64,000 nt of DNA. It comes from Eubacteriales bacterium. GTDB lineage: Bacteria; Bacillota; Clostridia; Oscillospirales; JAAYXM01. This document shows, one piece after another, positions 30,586 through 38,544 of this stretch. The translations under genes and the position numbers were made by a program. A model generated the notes under the pieces. That model was given only the letters and a program-made list of their open reading frames with translations. It had not been told where the DNA came from and searched no databases. Each line of letters starts with the position of its first letter. The first letter of the stretch is position 1. The DNA is taken from the NCBI GenBank assembly GCA_045546975.1, contig JAZQDV010000010.1, forward strand, positions 405,544 to 469,543, in the 5' to 3' direction.

Positions 30586-30993
30586 TTAGAAGAACTTCTT
30601 GATTGTATCAGAAGCACCTGCCTGGTCTGCACTGATGGTGATTACGAAATCAATTCCATTTTCTTCACCAAAAGCTTCTGCCCAAAGAAGGAATTCATCT
30701 GTCTGCTTCGGAAGGTCTGACTTTGCAACCTTATAAAGGCTATCTATGAAAATCTTTGTAAGGTCGTAGTTTGCAGAATGCATTCCGCAGATAAATGCCT
30801 TGAGATGCTCATAGCTCTCAATAAAGTAACCCGAAACGTCTACAAGACGAGCCTTGTGACTGATATCGTATGTAAGCTTTGTTCCACGCTCAACACATGC
30901 AACCGTAAAATCATCTGCAACAGCCTTATTTGTAAGGTCAATAATCTGCTTTGTTTTGCCATGACCCTGAAGTCCCATAATTACACGAACCAT
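30586..30993 (-). CDS. Conserved small P-loop protein of unknown function
   Basis: 135 aa; Walker A-like GLQGHGKT and Walker B-like IFIDS; strong SD AAGGAG, own promoter and terminator. Confidence 0.8.
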   Translation of the reverse strand: MVRVIMGLQGHGKTKQIIDLTNKAVADDFTVACVERGTKLTYDISHKARLVDVSGYFIESYEHLKAFICGMHSANYDLTKIFIDSLYKVAKSDLPKQTDEFLLWAEAFGEENGIDFVITISADQAGASDTIKKFF

Positions 30994-31084
30994 AACATAC
31001 TCCTTTTCCCGCCATGAGCGGCTCCGCTTTTACGGCAAGCGTCTGCCGAATTTCAACCTCACGGTTGAGTTGTTTTCTAAGTAT

Positions 31085-31113
31085 ATTTTAACATATCATA
31101 AGAGAAAGCACAA
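31085..31113 (-). promoter_or_regulatory. SigA-type promoter of the P-loop protein gene
   Basis: TTGTGC-17 nt-TAAAAT with an extended -10 TG. Confidence 0.65.
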
Positions 31114-31144
31114 CAATTTTTTCTAGAAAATTTATACTTTTTTA

Positions 31145-32449
31145 TTATGCCTTTTCGTATCCCGGTTTTCCGAGCAAAGTAAACATATTTGTTTTATATG
31201 CTTCAACACCGGGTTGGTCAAACGGATTTACTCCGAGTGTGTATCCGGAAAGAGCACATGCAAACTCAAAGAAGTATACAAGATAACCGAAGGTCTTCTC
31301 CTCCGTATCAGGAAGCTCTATTGAAAGGTTCGGGACTCCTCCGTCCTCGTGAGCCATAGCTGTTCCCTCACAAGCATTTTTATTGATATAGTCAATTGAC
31401 TTACCTGAGAGGTAATTGATACCGTCAAAGTTTTCGGGATTATCTATAACAAAGATATCGTTCTTTGAGTTCTTTACTGTGATAATTGTTTCCTGAAGAA
31501 TGCGCTCACCCTGCTGGATGTACTGACCCATTGAATGCAAGTCTGCCGTAAACTCAACAGAAGCCGGGAAAATACCTACATTTTCCTTGCCTTCACTCTC
31601 GCCAAAGAGCTGCTTCCACCATTCTGTGAGGAATCTGAGCTTCGGTTCGAAACAAGCAAGAATTTCAATCTTCTTTCCCTTCTGGTAAAGAGCGTTTCTT
31701 GTTCCGACGTAGAGCCAAGCCGGGTTTGTATAGTCCTTTGTTGCTGTAAGCTCGTTCATAGCCAAAAGCGCACCTGAAAGAACTGCGTCAGTATCAATTC
31801 CCGCAGCTGCCATCGGCAAAAGACCTACAGGAGTAAGAACGGAGTATCTTCCGCCAATGTTATCAGGAATTACAAAGGTCTCATACCCTTCGTTATCTGC
31901 AAGTGTTTTCAACGCACCGCGGCACTTATCCGTTGTGACATATATGCGTTCTTTTGCCGCTGCCTTACCGTACTTTTTCTCTATCATATCCTTAAAGAAA
32001 CGGAAAGCAACCGCAGGCTCTGTTGTAGAACCTGACTTTGAAATTACGTTTATTGAAAAATCACGGTCACCGATTATTTTTACAAGCTCATTGTAATAAT
32101 CTGTGCTGATATTATTTCCTGCAAAGTATACCTCAAGGTCCTTTGAAGACTGATTATACATGCTGCCCTTAATGAATTCAAGAGCTGCACGTGCACCGAG
32201 GTATGAACCTCCGATTCCTATTACAACAAGAATCTCTGAAGATTTTCTGATCTTTTCTGCAGCAACCTTAACTCGAGCATACTCCTCCATATCTACATTT
32301 CCGGGAAGCTTTGCCCAACCGAGAAAGTCTGCACCTTTACCCTTTCCGTTGAGAATTAAATCGTGTGATTCTGAAAGCTTTGACTTAAGAACATCAAGCT
32401 CATTCTGTGAAACCATACCTTTTGTTCTGGTTATATTAACATTCAACAT
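31145..32449 (-). CDS. pgi: Glucose-6-phosphate isomerase
   Basis: IGIGGSYLGA, SKSGSTTE, GGRYSV, QLFGESEGK, DLHSMGQ and NPFDQPGVEAYK. Confidence 0.97.
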   Translation of the reverse strand: MLNVNITRTKGMVSQNELDVLKSKLSESHDLILNGKGKGADFLGWAKLPGNVDMEEYARVKVAAEKIRKSSEILVVIGIGGSYLGARAALEFIKGSMYNQSSKDLEVYFAGNNISTDYYNELVKIIGDRDFSINVISKSGSTTEPAVAFRFFKDMIEKKYGKAAAKERIYVTTDKCRGALKTLADNEGYETFVIPDNIGGRYSVLTPVGLLPMAAAGIDTDAVLSGALLAMNELTATKDYTNPAWLYVGTRNALYQKGKKIEILACFEPKLRFLTEWWKQLFGESEGKENVGIFPASVEFTADLHSMGQYIQQGERILQETIITVKNSKNDIFVIDNPENFDGINYLSGKSIDYINKNACEGTAMAHEDGGVPNLSIELPDTEEKTFGYLVYFFEFACALSGYTLGVNPFDQPGVEAYKTNMFTLLGKPGYEKA

Positions 32450-32535
32450 TTAATCTACCTCATTTATTCATATTTTGTTTACAAATCCGCAAAGAAATGT
32501 TATTGTTTTGATCAAAAAAAGGTGGTATTATATAA

Positions 32536-32633
32536 ATGAGATGGGGGTAATAAATTCTCAAAAATTGACCCCCATACTCATCCCCCTTATTTAATGCTCA
32601 CACTCGGATTTCCGATGTGGGCATTATTTTTTT
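32536..32633 (+). ncRNA. Candidate orphan small RNA (hairpin, UCCCCCUU, terminator)
   Basis: TTGTTT-17-TGnTATTAT promoter (32503-32531), 5' stem-loop, C-rich linker and a terminator with T7 on the + strand, while both neighbours are minus-strand genes. Confidence 0.6.
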
Positions 32634-32648
32634 GCAACTAAAACTCTA

Positions 32649-33680
32649 TCAGGACAATATCTGCTTTCTTCTTGAGAGATTTAATGTTCCATCCTGCATC
32701 GAAGAAAGGTCGTCAAGAGTTTTTCCCGTTCCGTAAACAACGCAAGAAACAGCTTCGTCAGCTACTCTTGTATCAATGCCCGTCTTTGACTGAATAAGTT
32801 CGGCAAAGCCCCAGACAAGTGAACCACCGCCTGTAAGAACGATGCCGTTTGTCGAAATATCACCAACAAGCTCAGGCGGTGTACGCTCAAGCACGTTGTG
32901 TATCGCTTCAACAATGCGTGTTGCAGGTTCTTCAAGAGCTTCGTACATTTCGCTTGATGTTACCGTGAAGATACGCGGAAGTCCCGTCATAAGGCAACGT
33001 CCCTTTATCTCCATTGAAATTTCCTCAGGTCTCGGGAATACACATCCGATGTTTATCTTGAGATCTTCAGCTGTACGCTCACCAATCAAAACATTGTGCT
33101 TGCGGCGTATGTACTTCACGATGTACTCGTCAAAGTGGTCGCCTGCAATTTTGATTGAAGAGGATTCAACAATATTTGAAAGCGAAATAACTGCGATGTC
33201 TGTTGTTCCACCGCCGATGTCAATTATCATATTTCCGTCCGGCTGGTCAATGTTTATGCCTGCACCGATAGCAGCTGCAATAGGCTCTTCGATAAGATAT
33301 ACGCTTCTTGCGCCCGCCTGACGGCCCGCATCAATAACCGCACGTTCTTCAACTTCTGTGATTCCACTCGGAACACAAATGACTACACGCGGCTTAATCA
33401 GGCTGAATCCACCCATAACGCGTCTTATAAAGTTCTTAATCATGTGCTCTGTCATTTCATAGTCAGAAATAACGCCGCCGCGGAGCGGACGGATGGCAAT
33501 AATGTTTCCCGGGGTACGGCCGAGCATCTTCTGTGCCTCAATACCAACCTTCAAAACCTTGTCAGTAGCTTTGTCAACCGCAACAACAGACGGTTCACGA
33601 AGCACTATACCCTTCCCCTTTACATAAACAAGGATCGAAGCGGTTCCAAGGTCAATACCTATATCTCTGCTGAATACCAT
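32649..33680 (-). CDS. Rod shape-determining actin-like protein (MreB/Mbl paralog)
   Basis: IGIDLGTA, EPSVVA, EEPIAAAIGAG, IDIGGGTTD and LTGGG; no mreCD adjacent. Confidence 0.93.
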   Translation of the reverse strand: MVFSRDIGIDLGTASILVYVKGKGIVLREPSVVAVDKATDKVLKVGIEAQKMLGRTPGNIIAIRPLRGGVISDYEMTEHMIKNFIRRVMGGFSLIKPRVVICVPSGITEVEERAVIDAGRQAGARSVYLIEEPIAAAIGAGINIDQPDGNMIIDIGGGTTDIAVISLSNIVESSSIKIAGDHFDEYIVKYIRRKHNVLIGERTAEDLKINIGCVFPRPEEISMEIKGRCLMTGLPRIFTVTSSEMYEALEEPATRIVEAIHNVLERTPPELVGDISTNGIVLTGGGSLVWGFAELIQSKTGIDTRVADEAVSCVVYGTGKTLDDLSSMQDGTLNLSRRKQILS

Positions 33681-33739
33681 AGTGTTCACCTCGTATTTTA
33701 TATATAATATTATTATAACCTATTTTTTTGATTTTTCAA

Positions 33740-34390
33740 TTACTTTTTTCTCGTTTTTGCAAGTGTTACAACATATATGTTTTTCGCCCCTGCAGTTTTA
33801 AGAATTCTCGCACATTCCGATACTGTGCTTCCCGTTGTAAAAACGTCGTCTAAAAGAATTATGTTCTTGTCCGTAACATCTGTTGCGGCAAGCTCGTACG
33901 CACCAAGAATATTTGCCATACGCTTTGAGGCATCAGTCTGTCGCGACTGCGGTGATGTATTTCTCTTCTTTATGAGCGTCCTTACCGGAGTTTCATTAAG
34001 CCTCATTCCGACTTCCTCTGCTAAAAGACGTGCCTGATCGTATCCTCTTCTGCGGAGGCGTTCCTTGCTGAGCGGCACCCACGAAATGATGTCATATTCA
34101 CCTGCAAGATATTTTCTTATAGTTTCGGCAAGGTACTCTGAAAAATCAACTGCATATTTGGAAAGTCCGCCGAATTTATAGCGAATCAGAGCATTTCTGA
34201 CATCACCTTCGTAGTGAAAGCACGCATACGCCCGATCAACAAACATCGGCTTGTCTTCATTTTCCTCAAACCTTCTGTAAGGCAACGAAGCCTTACACTT
34301 ATCACATATACCGTCTTCCTCAAGAACTCTCCTGCAGAAAACGCATTTTGACGGGAAAAGATACTTTTTCAGAAACTTCCACATTTCCAT
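33740..34390 (-). CDS. comF: ComF family double-Zn-ribbon/phosphoribosyltransferase protein
   Basis: CVFC...CDKC, RGYDQA and LLDDVFTTGST. Confidence 0.93.
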   Translation of the reverse strand: MEMWKFLKKYLFPSKCVFCRRVLEEDGICDKCKASLPYRRFEENEDKPMFVDRAYACFHYEGDVRNALIRYKFGGLSKYAVDFSEYLAETIRKYLAGEYDIISWVPLSKERLRRRGYDQARLLAEEVGMRLNETPVRTLIKKRNTSPQSRQTDASKRMANILGAYELAATDVTDKNIILLDDVFTTGSTVSECARILKTAGAKNIYVVTLAKTRKK

Positions 34391-34408
34391 CTTACGTCAC
34401 CCCACTTT

Positions 34409-36616
34409 TCAGCTTAAAAGACCTATAATTCTCGCTTTTAATGCACTATATCTATTTCTCTGCTTATTGTTGTTTACCATGTATTCAACGACGCCGGAAT
34501 CTCCGACGATTATAAGCAGTTCGCGTGCACGCGTCATCGCGGTATAAAGAACGCTTCTGTGCATAAGCGCAGGTGCACTCTTTCCTGCAACGAAAACAAC
34601 TGCACGGAATTCGCTTCCTTGGGATTTGTGAACCGTCATTGCGTACGCAAGCTCAAGCTCAGAAAGCATCGAAAACGAATAGTGTACGATTCTTGAATCA
34701 AAATTTACCGTAACCATTTCATCATCGTTGTCAACACTGATGATTTCACCTATATCGCCGTTGAATACTCCGCGACCGGCCTCGCTTCCCGTTATGCTAT
34801 ACCAACCAAGGTTATAGTTGTTTTTTATTTGCATAACCCTATCTCCAACACGGAAAATCCTATCAGCGATTCTTCTTTCATCCTTCCCCTCTTCGGAAGG
34901 ATTGAGTTCTTGCTGAAGTCTCCTGTTAAGCTCAAGTGTTCCTGCAATATTCTTTCTGCTTACGGAAAGCACCTGAATTTGTGATGACGGTATGTTCATT
35001 CGCTCCGGAAGGCGTGTTTTACAAAGACCAAGGACTGTTTTTACCATATCCTCTTCGTCAGTACGCCCAAGGAAAAACAAGTCGTTATCACGTTTTTTCA
35101 AATCGGGTAAAACCCCATTGTTTACATTATGCGCGCCGACTATTATATCACTATTGAGAGCTTGTCTGAAAATCTTATCAAGGCAAACAGTCGGAAATTT
35201 CTCTGATGTGAGTAAATCCTTAAACACATTTCCCGCACCGACAGACGGAAGCTGGTCCGCATCACCCACAAGAACAAGCTTTGCGTGCGAAGGCAATGCT
35301 TTCAGCGTCGCCTCCATAAGCGCCACATCAACCATGGACATCTCATCTATAATAAGCACATCTGTTTCAAGCTGTTTCTTCTCATTTCGGGCAAAGTATG
35401 TCGTATGTGCAGTTTCGTCCCGTACAACCTCAAGCATCCTGTGCAAGGTTTTTGCCTCTACTCCACAAAACTCCGTTACTTTCTTTGCCGCACGACCGGT
35501 AGGCGCGGCAATAAACACGCGCAGTCCAAGTTTCTGAAATGCTGCGAGCATTCCTCGGATAACAGTTGTTTTTCCTGTTCCCGGCCCTCCCGTGAGCAAA
35601 AACACGTTGTTATTTATCGCCATTTCAATAGCTTTTTTCTGCAAAGTTTCAAGCTTGAGATTCTCAACACGTTCCGCCTCCAGAAGGAGGTCTTTACAGT
35701 CTGTATCAAACTTGTTCTTCATTAAAAGCATAGTGGAAAGTTTTTTTGCCACAAAGCTTTCCGCCTCATATAAAGGCGCAAGATAGCATGCTCGCAGAGA
35801 GCAAACCTCATCCTCGACTATCTCTTTTGAGGCGATAAGTCTGTCTATTGTTGTCTCTAGTTCGTCCATGCCGACCTGTAAAAATTCAGCTGTTGCACGG
35901 ATAAGCTTGTCCCTTGGAATAAAAGAATGTCCCGAATCGGCATTGAGTTTAAGCTCATAAATCACCGCCGCATCAAGGCGTTCTCTTGAATCCCCCTCAA
36001 AACCCATATTTATTGCAATTTGATCCGCTTTGTAAAACGGAACGCCTACTTCATAATCAGAAAGTATATACGGATTCTGTTCCACCGCCTCCGTTGCTTC
36101 CTTGCCATAAAGCCTGAACAAAGCAACCGAAGTTTCCGGCGGAAGCTCATTTGCAGAAGCGAACTCCATAAGCAGCATCAACGCATTCTGAACTTCAAAC
36201 TGCCTTCCTATACTCTCTGCCTTTTTTGCGGTTATTCCTGCTATTTCGCAAAGCTTTTTGGGTTTTTTATCAATTATGTATAAGCTGTCGTCACCAAATC
36301 TCTCAACTATCTTCTCTGCAGTTTTTCTGCCTATCCCTTTTACTATTCCCGAGGATAAATATTCAAGAATCATATCAGCAGATGTCGGAAGTGTTCTTCT
36401 AAAATCTGATATCTTGAACTGTTCTCCGTACGAATCGTGCTTTACCCACGAGCCTGAGGCTTCGATATATTCACCTACCCCCGCAAAAGGGACACAACCA
36501 ATCGCGACAACCTCGCTACCGTCCTCTGTCAAAAGTTTCAAGACAGCATAGCCGTTGTCGTCATTTCTGAATATTACGGAGTCAATCACTCCGTTTATCA
36601 TAGCTTCCGTGTTCAT
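34409..36616 (-). CDS. recD2: ATP-dependent RecD2 DNA helicase
   Basis: N-terminal HhH region, TGGPGTGKT, APTGRAAK, IDEMSM, GDADQLPSVG and TVHKSQGSEF. Confidence 0.96.
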   Translation of the reverse strand: MNTEAMINGVIDSVIFRNDDNGYAVLKLLTEDGSEVVAIGCVPFAGVGEYIEASGSWVKHDSYGEQFKISDFRRTLPTSADMILEYLSSGIVKGIGRKTAEKIVERFGDDSLYIIDKKPKKLCEIAGITAKKAESIGRQFEVQNALMLLMEFASANELPPETSVALFRLYGKEATEAVEQNPYILSDYEVGVPFYKADQIAINMGFEGDSRERLDAAVIYELKLNADSGHSFIPRDKLIRATAEFLQVGMDELETTIDRLIASKEIVEDEVCSLRACYLAPLYEAESFVAKKLSTMLLMKNKFDTDCKDLLLEAERVENLKLETLQKKAIEMAINNNVFLLTGGPGTGKTTVIRGMLAAFQKLGLRVFIAAPTGRAAKKVTEFCGVEAKTLHRMLEVVRDETAHTTYFARNEKKQLETDVLIIDEMSMVDVALMEATLKALPSHAKLVLVGDADQLPSVGAGNVFKDLLTSEKFPTVCLDKIFRQALNSDIIVGAHNVNNGVLPDLKKRDNDLFFLGRTDEEDMVKTVLGLCKTRLPERMNIPSSQIQVLSVSRKNIAGTLELNRRLQQELNPSEEGKDERRIADRIFRVGDRVMQIKNNYNLGWYSITGSEAGRGVFNGDIGEIISVDNDDEMVTVNFDSRIVHYSFSMLSELELAYAMTVHKSQGSEFRAVVFVAGKSAPALMHRSVLYTAMTRARELLIIVGDSGVVEYMVNNNKQRNRYSALKARIIGLLS

Positions 36617-36785
36617 CGTTATCCCTCTCGGTAAAACTCTTTATCCTATGAGAAAAAACTTCAAAGGTAAATGAAGTGTCATCCTCCGACAGAAAAAGAC
36701 AATAAAAAGAATATGTAAGTGCATAAATAATTGCAAATGCGAGAAAAAAAGCAGTTATTACCTCAAGCAGCGCTCTGATAAACAT
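36582..36785 (-). CDS. Small single-TM hypothetical protein
   Basis: 67 aa; strong SD GGAGGTG; TTGTTA-17-TATAAT promoter upstream; overlaps the recD2 start. Confidence 0.6.
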   Translation of the reverse strand: MFIRALLEVITAFFLAFAIIYALTYSFYCLFLSEDDTSFTFEVFSHRIKSFTERDNDEHGSYDKRSD

Positions 36786-36880
36786 ATAAAAGCACCTCCG
36801 CGGTATTATATGTTTTTTTGCGATACTTTGATAATCTAAGAATTATTATATCATTTTTTGTTTCAATTAACAAGCACGAG

Positions 36881-36908
36881 AAAAGCCGAGGAAAATTGTT
36901 CCTCGGCT
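36881..36908 (-). terminator. Intrinsic terminator after ribU
   Basis: AGCCGAGGAA...TTCCTCGGCT followed by TTT on the minus strand. Confidence 0.8.
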
Positions 36909-36912
36909 CAGA

Positions 36913-37512
36913 TTATTTAATTCCTTTGCCCTTCAGCATCGGGCTTAACGGCTTGTAGATAAGCGCAGTCAGAACAGAAACAGCCAAAGCCTTCAGAGCA
37001 TTGAACGGAACTACGCACAAAAGGACAAGCTTTTCAAGACTCGATATCGACGGGTGTATCTTTGCTCCCATATCAACAAATACGGAAACAGGCATTTCAA
37101 GTGCTTTCCCGTATGCCGGAATAAGAATATAAGCATTAACAAAGCCTCCGACAATAACCATTGCAAGGCTTCCAGTAATCATTCCAAGAATCGCTGTTTT
37201 CTTGCACTTGTTTTTCTTATATATGTAACCTGCTGGCAGGATAAAGAAAACACCCACAACAAAGTTTGAAAGCTCTCCCACACCTCCTGTGATGGTGCCG
37301 TTCATAAGGAGGTTGAGCAAAACCTTGATAAACTCAATTACAACTCCCGCAAGCGGACCGAGCGCAAAAGTTCCTATAAGTACAGGAAGCTCACTCAAAT
37401 CAAACTCGTAAAAAGGCGGCGCTATAAACGGCAACGGAAACTCAAAGAGCATAAGAACAAACGCCAATGCCGAAAGAACAGAAACTTTCGCAATCCATTC
37501 TGTTTTTTTCAT
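36913..37512 (-). CDS. ribU: ECF transporter S component, riboflavin-specific
   Basis: LAFVLMLFEFP, DLSELPVLIG, GVGELSNF and PFNALK; lies under an FMN riboswitch; start ATG 37512. Confidence 0.9.
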   Translation of the reverse strand: MKKTEWIAKVSVLSALAFVLMLFEFPLPFIAPPFYEFDLSELPVLIGTFALGPLAGVVIEFIKVLLNLLMNGTITGGVGELSNFVVGVFFILPAGYIYKKNKCKKTAILGMITGSLAMVIVGGFVNAYILIPAYGKALEMPVSVFVDMGAKIHPSISSLEKLVLLCVVPFNALKALAVSVLTALIYKPLSPMLKGKGIK

Positions 37513-37581
37513 AAAAATTCCCCCTGAAAACAAAAATTCCCCCGTGTTTATACACAGGGGCGCAGCATCATAATATGACAC

Positions 37582-37710
37582 ATCTTCTCACATCCGGACT
37601 TTAACCGTCGGCGTCGGAATAAACCGAACTCAATCGCTTTAGCGAGTCGCGGGCTCGTCAGATTATCTGCTTTACCGCCGGTGGGGATTTCCACCCCGCC
37701 CCGAAGACTA
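37582..37710 (-). promoter_or_regulatory. FMN riboswitch (RFN element)
   Basis: Minus strand reads TCTTCGGGGCGGGGTGGAAATCCCCACCGGCGGTAAA...AGCCCGCGA...TTCCGACGCCGACGGTTAAAGTCCGGATGTGAGAAGA, matching the RFN consensus. Confidence 0.96.
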
Positions 37711-37833
37711 TCGACATAATTAATATAACACATTTGCCCGATTAGTCAAGAAAAAATTTCAAACCATTTACAAAATATTAACCATTTCGCTTTGTTATGG
37801 TGTATAATATAATTATTCAAAGGAGGTTTTGAT

Positions 37834-38529
37834 ATGTCTACACGCGTTCTTATCATTGAAGATGACTCTAACATTGCAGAGCTTATCCGCCTTTATCTTG
37901 AAAAGGACGGATTCGAAGTCGTTATCTCCCATGATGGAAGAGACGGTCTTGACTCGTTTTACAAAACTCATCCCGACATAATACTCCTCGATATCATGCT
38001 CCCTGAACTTGACGGTTGGACTGTCTGCCGCGAAATCAGAAAGACAGACAACACTCCGATAATAATGCTCACTGCAAAGGACGAAACTGTGGATAAGGTT
38101 ACAGGTCTCTCACTCGGTGCCGATGACTATATTTCAAAGCCCTTTGATATGAAAGAAGTAATTGCAAGAATTCACGCAGTGCTTCGCCGTTCCTCTTTTT
38201 CCGATACTACGCAGAGTGAAGCGACCATCAAAACATTTGACAACCTTACAATCAATATGTCGGCATATGAAGTAATCGTATCGGGCAAAAAGGTTGATAT
38301 GCCGCCAAAAGAGCTTGAACTTCTAAACTTCCTGGCATCACACCCAAACAGGGTTTTTACAAGAAATCAACTTCTTGACGATGTTTGGGGCTTTGAGTAT
38401 TTTGGTGATTCGAGAACCGTCGACGTCCATGTCAAACGTCTCAGAGAGAAGATTGACGGTGCAAGCGATAGGTGGTCTCTCAAAACTGTTTGGGGCGTTG
38501 GTTACAAATTCGAGCTTATAAACGATTAG
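37834..38529 (+). CDS. OmpR/PhoB-family response regulator
   Basis: LLDIMLP, MLTAK, GADDYISKPF, SRTVDVHVKRLREK and TVWGVGYKF. Confidence 0.95.
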   Translation: MSTRVLIIEDDSNIAELIRLYLEKDGFEVVISHDGRDGLDSFYKTHPDIILLDIMLPELDGWTVCREIRKTDNTPIIMLTAKDETVDKVTGLSLGADDYISKPFDMKEVIARIHAVLRRSSFSDTTQSEATIKTFDNLTINMSAYEVIVSGKKVDMPPKELELLNFLASHPNRVFTRNQLLDDVWGFEYFGDSRTVDVHVKRLREKIDGASDRWSLKTVWGVGYKFELIND

Positions 38530-38544
38530 TCTGGTGGTGTTATT

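Noticed and set aside
32556-32590. Minus-strand SD-like AAGGGGG followed by a tiny ORF (M)SMGVNF, as a leader peptide or type I toxin
   Set aside because: Only 5-7 codons and not a hydrophobic toxin-like peptide; better explained as the complement of the plus-strand sRNA's C-rich motifs.
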